64,000 nt of DNA from Octopus bimaculoides. Lineage: Eukaryota. Where the stretch lies: the NCBI RefSeq assembly GCF_001194135.2, contig NC_068995.1:10924383-10988382 (forward strand). Reading direction: 5' to 3'. This document shows positions 63,605-64,000 of this stretch, piece after piece. The position numbers were made by a program, and so were the translations under genes. Positions within the stretch are counted from its first letter, which is position 1. Each line of letters starts with the position of its first letter. The notes beneath the pieces were generated by a model. The model was not told the origin of the DNA. It saw only the letters and a list, made by a program, of their open reading frames with translations, and made no database searches.

Positions 63605-63852
63605 ATCGTACTTGTGTCAGTCTGAATTGCGACCATGCTGGGGCACTGCCTCGAACATGTCAGTCAATCAAATCGACATTAAAGCTTTATTTTAGGTCTG
63701 GTACTAAATCTGTCAGTCTCTCATGGTTGAACTGTCGACTTGTGGGGATGTAAACAAACCAACAGCAGCTATCAAACACTGAGAGACAAATACAAAGACA
63801 CACACACACGACATGCTTCCTCACAGTTTCCACCCAGTAAATTCACTCACAA
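63605..63852 (-). mobile_element. Family A SINE (diverged)
   Basis: Tail and body modules in reverse. Confidence 0.75.
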
Positions 63853-64000
63853 GGTATCGTATTTAATTTATATTGCAATAGATGGGCCATAGAGTTATTG
63901 GTTAAACTTTCAATAGATCAAAACAGTGCCAAGGGAGTGTCTGTAGCTTGATGCAGAACAAATATGTCAAGGGTAAATGGTCATAAAACTCTGGTTTCTG

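Overview
Repeat-saturated, AT-rich animal genomic DNA. It is most likely Octopus (coleoid cephalopod), inferred from the tRNA-SINE repertoire and the extreme (AT)n/(AC)n/(GAT)n microsatellite density; no database was consulted. The assembly is gapped, with 14 N-runs, most abutting microsatellites. No protein-coding gene can be identified with confidence, and most ORFs in the supplied track are microsatellite or N artefacts. The window reads as a long intron or intergenic tract. It contains at least five tRNA-SINE or retroposon-tail families, CR1/L2/RTE-like LINE remnants, Tc1, mariner (DD34D) and maT (DD37D) deletion derivatives, several MITEs, a ~780-bp foldback palindrome and several minisatellites. 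The most notable unexplained signal is a set of about nine type-I hammerhead-ribozyme (HHR)-like motifs in at least five unrelated short repeats, some with canonical cores (19303-19345, 45328-45362, 45530-45567). One pair forms a 68-bp perfect inverted repeat (2064-2218). No Penelope-like ORF is visible anywhere in the window. A few isolated exon candidates, including a 12-nt microexon-like segment, are flagged at low confidence. Repeat boundaries are by-eye estimates.
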